64,000 nt of DNA from Flavobacteriaceae bacterium. Its GTDB lineage: Bacteria; Bacteroidota; Bacteroidia; Flavobacteriales; Flavobacteriaceae. Made by a program: the position numbers and the translations under genes. The stretch lies in NCBI GenBank assembly GCA_034670265.1, contig JAXMNU010000006.1, positions 77,259-141,258 of the forward strand. Direction: 5' to 3'. Below are positions 26,762 to 34,723 of this stretch, piece after piece. Positions within the stretch are counted from its first letter, which is position 1. The number at the start of each line of letters is the position of its first letter. The notes under the pieces are model-generated. The model searched no databases, was not told the origin of the DNA, and was given only the letters and a program-made list of their open reading frames with translations.

Positions 26762-28318
26762 ATGAAAAGGATAATTCTAGTTATATTTTTATTAAACATT
26801 AGCTTGTTGTTTTCTCAGGGCTACGGTGTAATACAATATGAAAAGGTTGCAGATGATGTTGGTGGTTTACCACCCGTATTAGATACTGAAGACTGGTTTG
26901 GGTATTCTGTTGAATTTATTGGTGATTTAAATAATGATAGTATTAATGATATTGCTGTTTCTTCATTAAAAGATGATGATGGCAATTTTAACTCCGGAGC
27001 AGTTTATATTTTGTTTATGAATATAGATGGTGGGGTGGAGAGCTATCAAAAAATAAGTAGCACAGAAGGTGGATTCAATGGAGAACTTGACGAATGGGAT
27101 ATTTTTGGTTCTTCAATATCATATTTGGGAGATATGAATGGTGATGGCCTAATTGAAATAGGAGTTGGAGCAGAATATGATGGTGATGGTGGATGGTGGC
27201 ATGGTGCTATTTGGATTTTATCTCTTAACAATGACGGAACTGTTAATAGTTATTCAAAAATTAGTGATACTGAGGGTAACTTTACTGCTCCATTGGGAGA
27301 TGAAGATGTGTTTGGAACGGATATAGAATTATTGGGAGATTTGGATGGTGACGGAAACCAAGATATTGCAGTTTCTGCGAGACGAGACCCAGATGGGGGT
27401 TCAGATAGGGGTGCGGTTTATATTCTTTTTCTAAACAGTGATTTTACGGTTAATAGTTACCAGAAAATAAGTGATACGCAGGGAGGTGCTGATCTTCCTT
27501 TAAATGAAGGAGATTATTTTGGTGGATCTGTTGCTAATATTGGTGATTTAAATGGGGATGGAATTATTGACTTGGCAGTAGGTGCTTATCGAGATGATAC
27601 AGGAGGAAGTAATCGCGGTGCAATTTACATCTTGTTTATGAATACTGATGGAACTGTACAAGACTATCAAAAAATAAGTGATTCCCACGGAGAATTTGAT
27701 GCGGTATTTAATGATCAAATGTTTTTTGGAATTTCCATAGACTTAGCAGAAGATATTAATCAAGATGGATTGACTGAAATAGTTGTTGGTGCAAGTGGTT
27801 TTGATAACGGAGAAGGAATTAATTTCGGAACATTTTATATTCTTAACCTTAAAACAGATGGGACTGTAAATTCTTATGTTCAATATACTGAAGGAATGCA
27901 AGGTTTTGATGGCGATATTACTACTGGTGATTCTTTTGGCTTTTCAGTGGCCTTTTCAAATTTATTTTCTGATGGAAACTTTGGTATTGCAACTGGCTCT
28001 TTCACAGATAATGATGGAGGATATCAAAAAGGTAGCTTTTGGACTTTACGATTAGGAGAAATCCTCTCAATTGAACCAATTAGTCCTTTAGAAGTAAATT
28101 ATCTCTACCCTAACCCAACAAAAACATCTTTTAGCCTTTCAAATTTTGAGAATGTTAGTAATCTAAAAGTATACGCTATAAATGGTGCTGAAGTTGTAAC
28201 CTTTGATGTTAATGGAGAAAATAATTATAACGTCTCGTATCTTCCTATTGGCACTTATTTAGTTAAAGTCTTTTATGATACAGGGGAAAGCTCGACTTTT
28301 AAACTAATAAAAGGCTAG
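26762..28318 (+). CDS. FG-GAP repeat (integrin-alpha-like beta-propeller) protein with T9SS C-terminal sorting domain
   Basis: 518 aa with signal peptide. About seven repeats of FG.S...GD.NGDG..D..VGA...D......GA.YIL. C-terminus YPNPTKTSFSL...GTYLVKVFYDTGESSTFKLIKG is a T9SS CTD. Confidence 0.8.
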   Translation: MKRIILVIFLLNISLLFSQGYGVIQYEKVADDVGGLPPVLDTEDWFGYSVEFIGDLNNDSINDIAVSSLKDDDGNFNSGAVYILFMNIDGGVESYQKISSTEGGFNGELDEWDIFGSSISYLGDMNGDGLIEIGVGAEYDGDGGWWHGAIWILSLNNDGTVNSYSKISDTEGNFTAPLGDEDVFGTDIELLGDLDGDGNQDIAVSARRDPDGGSDRGAVYILFLNSDFTVNSYQKISDTQGGADLPLNEGDYFGGSVANIGDLNGDGIIDLAVGAYRDDTGGSNRGAIYILFMNTDGTVQDYQKISDSHGEFDAVFNDQMFFGISIDLAEDINQDGLTEIVVGASGFDNGEGINFGTFYILNLKTDGTVNSYVQYTEGMQGFDGDITTGDSFGFSVAFSNLFSDGNFGIATGSFTDNDGGYQKGSFWTLRLGEILSIEPISPLEVNYLYPNPTKTSFSLSNFENVSNLKVYAINGAEVVTFDVNGENNYNVSYLPIGTYLVKVFYDTGESSTFKLIKG

Positions 28319-28323
28319 TAAAT

Positions 28324-28845
28324 CTAGACTCTTTCTGCATATACCAAATAATACCGCGGTGTAAATCTTCTTAAAATTGGGCGTATACCTACTTTCTTTA
28401 CAGGATTGGTAAACTTTTCTCGCTTTTTAATTTTCCAACCAGCTTTTTCTAAGAGCCAATCAAATTGCCAATCTTCAAACTCGTGATAATGTCTGTCTCT
28501 TTCATCGGTTTTACTTCGATAGGCAGAAGCAAACCAAAGTTTCAAAGGGACCGAAGCTACCAGTTTTTTTGCTTTTATATCCTGAAGCACATTAAAGGGA
28601 GAAACCAAATGTTCAAAAATTTCAAAAGCAGTTACGACATCATATTCATCCGTTTTTACAGCTTCAGTATGTATATCTAAATCTTCGCCCTTGGTATTAT
28701 TAACTTGAAAACCTTCTTTTTTTAAAATTTCAGAAAAAGGATTTTCTACACCCAAATCCAAAATTTTATTTTCGGTTGAGATGCAAGTTTTTAAAAATTC
28801 TAGGGTGTGTTTGTAACGCTTCTTTGGGTACTTTCCTTCGTACAT
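28324..28845 (-). CDS. small class I SAM-dependent methyltransferase-like protein
   Basis: 173 aa. Degenerate motif I ILDLGVENP, then DVVTAFEIFEHL (motif II/III style). Starts 2 nt after the KAS III gene stop. Confidence 0.5.
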   Translation of the reverse strand: MYEGKYPKKRYKHTLEFLKTCISTENKILDLGVENPFSEILKKEGFQVNNTKGEDLDIHTEAVKTDEYDVVTAFEIFEHLVSPFNVLQDIKAKKLVASVPLKLWFASAYRSKTDERDRHYHEFEDWQFDWLLEKAGWKIKKREKFTNPVKKVGIRPILRRFTPRYYLVYAERV

Positions 28846-28847
28846 AT

Positions 28848-29909
28848 TTATACTCGATAAACAATTGCATTAATGTTCATGCCTGCACCAACACTCGCAA
28901 ATATAACAACATCTCCTTTATTAACTTCGTGTCCCTCCAGTTGCTTGTTAAGCACCAAATCATATACAGTAGGAACGGTAGCTACACTAGAGTTTCCTAA
29001 TTTATCAATCGTCAAGGGCATGACATCGTGTGGGGCTTCTTTACCGTAAAGCTTATACAAGCGTTTTATAATAGCCTCATCCATTTTTTCATTGGCTTGA
29101 TGGATGAATATCTTCTTTACTTGTTCAATTGGAATATTTGCCTTTTCAAGACATTCCTTCATGGCATTTGGAACATGAGTAATGGCAAACTCGTAGATTT
29201 TTCTGCCGTACATTTTAATGTACTTGCGTGCATCACTAAGCTCTTGGTTATAGGATTCACCAAAATAGATAAAATGCGCTTCGTCATACGCAAAAGTGGC
29301 AGTTTTGTGAGCAATAATACCACTGTTAGAATCATTGAAAGCTTCTAATACAACAGCACCGGCACCATCGCTATAAATCATAGAGTCTCTATCGTGTTGA
29401 TCGACAACTCTAGAGAGTGCTTCGGCACCAATAATAAGACATTTTTTTGCCATTCCAGCATTCATAAAAGCATAGGCTTGAATAACGCCTTCTACCCAAC
29501 CTGGACATCCAAAAAGAACATCGTAAGCCACACAATTTGGGTTTTTAATTTTAAGTAGGTGTTTAACACGAGATCCTAAACTAGGTACTGTATCACTTTG
29601 GTGAGTGTCATGTTTAACATCGCCATAATTATGCGCAACAATAATGTAATCTAGGGTTTCTCTGTCGAGATTTGCATCTTCAATTGCTTTTTCTGAAGCA
29701 AAGGCTGCAATTTCTGAGGTCACTAATTTATTGTCAATATATCGCCTTTCTGAAATACCAGTAATAGCCTTAAATTTTTCAATAATGACCGTATTTTCGT
29801 GAGATAATGGAGACCCATCTTCATTATAGAAACTATGTTGTTCAAATCCTTCGTTGGTTGCTACTTTGCTGGGGATATAGCTTCCTGTTCCTGTTATAAC
29901 ACACTTCAT
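28848..29909 (-). CDS. 3-oxoacyl-ACP synthase III (FabH-like) family protein
   Basis: 353 aa. Cys-His-Asn triad candidates LFGCPGW, IHQAN, GNSSVAT, and thiolase-fold length. Confidence 0.75.
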   Translation of the reverse strand: MKCVITGTGSYIPSKVATNEGFEQHSFYNEDGSPLSHENTVIIEKFKAITGISERRYIDNKLVTSEIAAFASEKAIEDANLDRETLDYIIVAHNYGDVKHDTHQSDTVPSLGSRVKHLLKIKNPNCVAYDVLFGCPGWVEGVIQAYAFMNAGMAKKCLIIGAEALSRVVDQHDRDSMIYSDGAGAVVLEAFNDSNSGIIAHKTATFAYDEAHFIYFGESYNQELSDARKYIKMYGRKIYEFAITHVPNAMKECLEKANIPIEQVKKIFIHQANEKMDEAIIKRLYKLYGKEAPHDVMPLTIDKLGNSSVATVPTVYDLVLNKQLEGHEVNKGDVVIFASVGAGMNINAIVYRV

Positions 29910-30049
29910 ATGACATTAAAATTTTAAATAAAGGTAGGTAAAACGAATAAACTAACCGAAATTTTTAAATTGAAAACCTATTCTTTTGAAGGATTCATAA
30001 AATAACGATTTAAAACTGAAAAATTCATATTTATAAAGCCTCTTAATTA

Positions 30050-30083
30050 TTAAAACAGCAACGCTATTTCGAAAGAAAATAGC
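30050..30083 (-). terminator. stem-loop immediately after the gcvP stop
   Basis: On the minus strand, TAA is followed directly by GCTATTT-TCTTTCG-AAATAGC (7-bp stem, 30063-30083), then GTTGCTGTTTTAA. The U-tract is weak. Confidence 0.45.
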
Positions 30084-32933
30084 TTATGCTTCCATAAATT
30101 CTTCAATGGGGGTACACGTACAAATGAGATTTCGATCCCCATAGGCATCATCGACCCTTCGTACCGATGGCCAAAATTTATTTTCTGAAACATACTCCAA
30201 AGGAAAAGCCGCTTGCTGTCTTGAATATGGGAAATCCCAATTGTCTGCAGTAAGCATTGCCAGTGTATGTGGAGCATTCTTTAATGGGTTGTTTGGATTG
30301 TCTTTATCTGCTAAATCTATCTCTTTGCGTATCGAAATCATCGCGTCACAAAAACGATCGAGCTCTTCTTTACTTTCACTTTCTGTGGGTTCTACCATAA
30401 TAGTTCCTGCTACTGGGAATGATACTGTTGGGGCATGAAAGCCATAATCCATTAAGCGTTTTGCTATATCAGTTACTTCAATCCCGTGTTCTTTAAAGGG
30501 GCGACAATCCAAAATCATTTCGTGTGCAGCACGACCTTTTTCACCAGTGTAAAGCGTTGGATAGTAACCTTGTAATCGCTCTTTAATATAATTAGCATTT
30601 AAAATAGCATACTGTGTAGATTTCTTTAACCCATTTTCGCCAAGCATACAAATGTATCCGTAAGAAATAAGACAAACCAATGCACTGCCCCAAGGAGCTG
30701 CAGATATAGCCGTAATGGCTTTATCACCGCCTGTTTTAATGATAGGATTTGTTGGTAAAAAAGGCACCAATTGTTTTGCGACACAAATAGGCCCTACACC
30801 TGGTCCACCACCTCCATGAGGAATGGCAAAAGTCTTGTGTAAATTTAAATGGCATACATCTGCTCCAATAGCACCAGGATTTGTTAGTGCTACTTGTGCA
30901 TTCATATTGGCTCCGTCCATATACACTTGTCCGCCATATTCGTGAATAATACCTGTAATTTCTCTAATAGCACTTTCATATACTCCGTGGGTCGACGGAT
31001 ACGTCACCATTAAACAGGAAAGGTTGTCTTTGTGTTCTATGGCCTTTTGGCGAAGATCTTCCACATCAATATTGCCATCTTCAGTAGCTTTTGTAACAAC
31101 CACTTGCATTCCTGCCATAACAGCACTCGCAGGATTGGTGCCATGTGCCGATGAAGGGATTAAACAAATATTTCGATTATGGTCGCCTCGAGATTCATGA
31201 TAGGCTCTAATTACCATGAGGCCTGCATATTCTCCTTGGGCGCCAGAATTTGGTTGTAGCGAAGTCCCTGCAAAACCCGTTATTTCAGTTAACTGATTTT
31301 CAAGATTTCGAAGCATAATTTGGTAACCTTCTGCTTGATAAAGTGGTGCAAATGGATGAATGTTTCCCCAATTGGGGTCACTAAGCGGAAGCATTTCTGC
31401 CGCAGCGTTCAGCTTCATTGTGCAAGAGCCTAACGAAATCATAGAATGATTTAAAGCCAAATCTTTACGTTCTAGCTTTTTTATGTATCGCATCAATTCA
31501 GTTTCACTGTGATAACGATTAAAAACTTCTTGCTGAAGGAACTCTGTTTTACGAGCAACATCTTTTGGTATTGCGTTGCCCTCTTTAATTTCAGTAAGAA
31601 TAATAGGATCTAAACCTTTCAACTCACTAAATACTGAAAGAATGTTGTTTAAGTCTTTAACATTTATTGTTTCATTTAATGAAATGGAAACTAATTTTTC
31701 TTCAGGATAATAGAAGTTGATATTTTTTTGTTCTGAAATAGCTTTAATCTTAGTCATATCCGCCTTTACAGCAACAGTATCAAAAAACATATCGTTAGTT
31801 AATTCATAGCCTAAAGTTTTTAATCCTTCTGAAAGTGCAACCGCAGCATGATGAACTTTATTAGCAATATATCTAAGACCTTCTGGGCCGTGATATACAG
31901 CATACATTCCAGCCATTACGGCCAGTAAAACTTGTGCTGTACAAATATTAGATGTGGCTTTATCACGCTTTATATGTTGCTCACGAGTTTGAAGCGCCAT
32001 GCGTAATGAACGGTTGCCATCTGTGTCTTTTGTTACTCCAATAATTCGTCCTGGAATAAATCTTTTATAATCTTCTTTGGTGGCAAAAAAAGCTGCGTGT
32101 GGACCTCCATAGCCAAGTGGAATTCCAAAACGTTGTGTTGTTCCCACTACCACATCGGCCCCAAAATTACCTGGAGATTCTAGCTTGACTAAACTTAAAA
32201 TATCGGCAGCAAAAGCCACTTTTATATTGGCAGCTTGTGCTTGAGTTACAAAATCTTTAAAATTGTATACTGTTCCGCTTTTTCCTGGATATTGAAGAAT
32301 AGCTCCAAAATAGTCTGAAGAAAAATCAAATTCTTCATGATTTCCAACAACAATGTCAATCCCAAGTGGTGTAGATCTAGTTTGTAAAAGCGATAAGTTT
32401 TGAGGAAGGATTTCATCAGAAACGAAAAACTTTACTACTTCATTTTTCTTTTGGTCTCTATCTCTTATAGCGAATAAAAGTGCCATCGCTTCGGCAACTG
32501 CAGTTGCTTCATCAAGTAATGAAGCATTTGCCAATTCCATTCCCGTAAGGTCTGTGACCATGGTTTGGTAGTTAAGTAATGCTTCAAGTCTTCCTTGGGC
32601 AATTTCAGCTTGATATGGCGTATAGGCTGTGTACCAACCTGGATTTTCTAGAATATTTCTTTGAATTACCGCTGGAATATTAGCTTGGTGATACCCCAAA
32701 CCAATATACGTTTTAAATACCAAATTCTTTGCTGCCAAATCATTGATATGTTCCAAAAATTCCTGCTCACTTAGGGCAGGGGCCAATGATAAATCTTCCT
32801 TTAAACGAATATCGTTTGGGATAGTCTCACTAACCAGTTGCTCCATACTTTCTGCTCCTATAGTTTTGAGCATTTCTGGAAGGTCATTTCTTCTGGGTCC
32901 AATGTGTCTTAATGCAAATGAATCTGTATTCAT
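30084..32933 (-). CDS. gcvP: glycine dehydrogenase (aminomethyl-transferring), glycine cleavage P protein
   Basis: 949 aa single-chain P protein with N-terminal FALRHIGP and PLP region NLHKTFAIPHGGGGPG. Confidence 0.9.
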   Translation of the reverse strand: MNTDSFALRHIGPRRNDLPEMLKTIGAESMEQLVSETIPNDIRLKEDLSLAPALSEQEFLEHINDLAAKNLVFKTYIGLGYHQANIPAVIQRNILENPGWYTAYTPYQAEIAQGRLEALLNYQTMVTDLTGMELANASLLDEATAVAEAMALLFAIRDRDQKKNEVVKFFVSDEILPQNLSLLQTRSTPLGIDIVVGNHEEFDFSSDYFGAILQYPGKSGTVYNFKDFVTQAQAANIKVAFAADILSLVKLESPGNFGADVVVGTTQRFGIPLGYGGPHAAFFATKEDYKRFIPGRIIGVTKDTDGNRSLRMALQTREQHIKRDKATSNICTAQVLLAVMAGMYAVYHGPEGLRYIANKVHHAAVALSEGLKTLGYELTNDMFFDTVAVKADMTKIKAISEQKNINFYYPEEKLVSISLNETINVKDLNNILSVFSELKGLDPIILTEIKEGNAIPKDVARKTEFLQQEVFNRYHSETELMRYIKKLERKDLALNHSMISLGSCTMKLNAAAEMLPLSDPNWGNIHPFAPLYQAEGYQIMLRNLENQLTEITGFAGTSLQPNSGAQGEYAGLMVIRAYHESRGDHNRNICLIPSSAHGTNPASAVMAGMQVVVTKATEDGNIDVEDLRQKAIEHKDNLSCLMVTYPSTHGVYESAIREITGIIHEYGGQVYMDGANMNAQVALTNPGAIGADVCHLNLHKTFAIPHGGGGPGVGPICVAKQLVPFLPTNPIIKTGGDKAITAISAAPWGSALVCLISYGYICMLGENGLKKSTQYAILNANYIKERLQGYYPTLYTGEKGRAAHEMILDCRPFKEHGIEVTDIAKRLMDYGFHAPTVSFPVAGTIMVEPTESESKEELDRFCDAMISIRKEIDLADKDNPNNPLKNAPHTLAMLTADNWDFPYSRQQAAFPLEYVSENKFWPSVRRVDDAYGDRNLICTCTPIEEFMEA

Positions 32934-32955
32934 TAAAATAGAATTAAAATTTATG

Positions 32956-32963
32956 CAAAATTA
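32956..32963 (-). promoter_or_regulatory. Bacteroidota -7 promoter box TAATTTTG for gcvP
   Basis: The reverse complement of CAAAATTA is TAATTTTG, 22 nt upstream of ATG 32933. Confidence 0.45.
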
Positions 32964-33048
32964 CGATTTTAAAGTATTTTAAATAGCTTTTAACTTTTTG
33001 AAAACACATTATTTTTCAACCAAAAAGAAGACTTACTAACACTTTGGC

Positions 33049-33056
33049 TATTTTTG
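33049..33056 (+). promoter_or_regulatory. Bacteroidota -7 promoter box TATTTTTG, 4 nt from ATG 33061
   Basis: Exact TAnnTTTG. Spacing to the ATG implies a leaderless or near-leaderless mRNA. Confidence 0.4.
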
Positions 33057-33060
33057 TTTT

Positions 33061-33891
33061 ATGAAGGTTTTTAAAATAGTTTTCAAATTTTATTTGGAAA
33101 GCAGTATTCACGTTTCGTTTGCTGTTTTAGCTTTTACTTTGGCAACTTATTTTGAATACAATTTACCGATAGAAAAACAGCTTTTAGGTTTTATTTTTTT
33201 TGGAAGTATTACAGGATATAATTTCATTAAATATGCAGGGATTGCAGGATTACATCACAGGAGTTTGGCTACTAACCTTAAGATTATTCAGCTATTTTCA
33301 TTATTAAGTTTTGGTTTTTTTCTTTTTTTTCTTTTTCAAGTTTCTAAACCTGTAATTATTACAAGTTCTATTCTTGGCCTATTGACACTTTTTTATGTTG
33401 TGCCTTTTTTTAATAAAAAGAACTTACGAAACTTCAACGGGCTTAAAATTTTTATTGTTGCTATTGTTTGGGCAGGGGTTACAGTACTATTGCCGTGGAT
33501 CCATTCGCATAGCAGTTTTCAGGCAGATATTTGGATTACTTTTTTTCAACGGCTTTTGTGGGTATTAGTCCTTATTATTCCTTTTGAAATAAGGGATATG
33601 ATTTACGATAGTCTCAAATTGGGTACGCTACCGCAAAAAATTGGAATTAAAAGAACTAAAAATTTAGGTTACTTTTTTTTGGTATTGATGACAATTTTGG
33701 AAGGATTTAAAGATGAAATCACTCCCGTTTTTTCAATAAGTTATATTGTGATGATAATCGTTACAGGAATCTTGGTAGTACTGTCTAAAAGGAATCAGTC
33801 GGGCTATTACGCTGCATTTTGGGTGGAAGCTATCCCTATTTTTTGGATAGGAATGTTACTAATGCTGAAGAACTATTTATTTATTTCTTGA
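33061..33891 (+). CDS. multi-pass membrane protein, function unknown (possibly prenyltransferase-like)
   Basis: 276 aa with 8-9 hydrophobic segments. The loop PFEIRDMIYD is reminiscent of a UbiA-type Asp-rich motif, but the first motif is not evident. The 3' end overlaps the convergent anti-sigma gene by 19 nt. Confidence 0.4.
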   Translation: MKVFKIVFKFYLESSIHVSFAVLAFTLATYFEYNLPIEKQLLGFIFFGSITGYNFIKYAGIAGLHHRSLATNLKIIQLFSLLSFGFFLFFLFQVSKPVIITSSILGLLTLFYVVPFFNKKNLRNFNGLKIFIVAIVWAGVTVLLPWIHSHSSFQADIWITFFQRLLWVLVLIIPFEIRDMIYDSLKLGTLPQKIGIKRTKNLGYFFLVLMTILEGFKDEITPVFSISYIVMIIVTGILVVLSKRNQSGYYAAFWVEAIPIFWIGMLLMLKNYLFIS

Positions 33892-34115
33892 TGTAGCTTT
33901 TCTTTTAAAATGCCTTTGTCTTCGTTGCAAAGTGTTTTTACTTTGGCCTTTTTAATAGTTTTGGTAAGCTTTTGGTTATTGGCGGTATATTCTCTACATA
34001 CTCTGCAATAAATAAGGTGCATATTCAGCTTTATTTTCTCCCAAAAAGAAGCTTCTTTATATTGCGATTTATCACAAATATGATTTGCCTTTTCACAAGG
34101 AATTTTAAATTTCAT
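33873..34115 (-). CDS. putative cytoplasmic zinc-binding anti-sigma factor (ZAS-like, HxxxCxxC)
   Basis: 80 aa with no hydrophobic segment. H33-x3-C37-x2-C40 (HLIYCRVC) plus upstream C7 and C14. The start codon overlaps the sigma gene stop (TAATG). Confidence 0.55.
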   Translation of the reverse strand: MKFKIPCEKANHICDKSQYKEASFWEKIKLNMHLIYCRVCREYTANNQKLTKTIKKAKVKTLCNEDKGILKEKLHQEINK

Positions 34116-34669
34116 TACTTAAACCAATTTGTTTCTAGGCAATCTGCCAGTGCTTTTCTCGCACGGTGGATGATAACCCAAAGGTTAGACGCTGTGATAT
34201 TATATTCATTACAAATGGTTTCGGTATCGATTCCATCAATAGTTTTCATTTTAAAAATAGCGGCTTGTTTTTCATTAATAGCATCCAAGCACCCCAAAAT
34301 TGCCAGTCCCAACTCTTCATTTTCCATGGATTCCTGAGCGTTTTTTTCTGAAAAATCTTCTACTTGTTCTTCCAGCCAATCGCCTTCATTATCTGCATCG
34401 TTATAATTTATGCGTACCTCGGCTTTTCCTTTTTTACTGTTAATTTTTCTGTAGTGATCAATAATTTTTCTCTTTAAAATAGAGATTAACCAAGTTCTTT
34501 CGGTAGCCTCACCCTTAAAATTATCTTTCGACTTTAATCCAGCCAAAAAAGTTTCCGAAATAATATCCTGTGCCACTTCATGGTCATTCACCCTTACAAT
34601 GGTGTAATTGTATAGATAGTCTGAATACCTATCTACCCAAGTTTCGGGATAAAGTGTTTCTTTAGCCAT
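34115..34669 (-). CDS. ECF-type RNA polymerase sigma-70 family factor
   Basis: 184 aa. Region 2 (DIISETFLAGLKS...ERTWLISILKRKIIDHYR) and region 4 HTH (ETICNEYNITASNLWVIIHRARKAL). Confidence 0.85.
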   Translation of the reverse strand: MAKETLYPETWVDRYSDYLYNYTIVRVNDHEVAQDIISETFLAGLKSKDNFKGEATERTWLISILKRKIIDHYRKINSKKGKAEVRINYNDADNEGDWLEEQVEDFSEKNAQESMENEELGLAILGCLDAINEKQAAIFKMKTIDGIDTETICNEYNITASNLWVIIHRARKALADCLETNWFK

Positions 34670-34691
34670 AGCAATTTTAAGTTGGCAATTT

Positions 34692-34699
34692 CAAAAATA
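34692..34699 (-). promoter_or_regulatory. Bacteroidota -7 promoter box TATTTTTG for the ECF sigma gene
   Basis: The reverse complement of CAAAAATA is TATTTTTG, 22 nt upstream of ATG 34669. Confidence 0.45.
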
Positions 34700-34723
34700 G
34701 GAAAGATTTTCTGAATACCTTCA

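Noticed and set aside
32934-33060. Possible glycine riboswitch upstream of gcvP
   Set aside because: The leader is at most about 20-125 nt and almost entirely A/T. I could not find the conserved GGAGAG...CACCG type cores or tandem aptamer stems.
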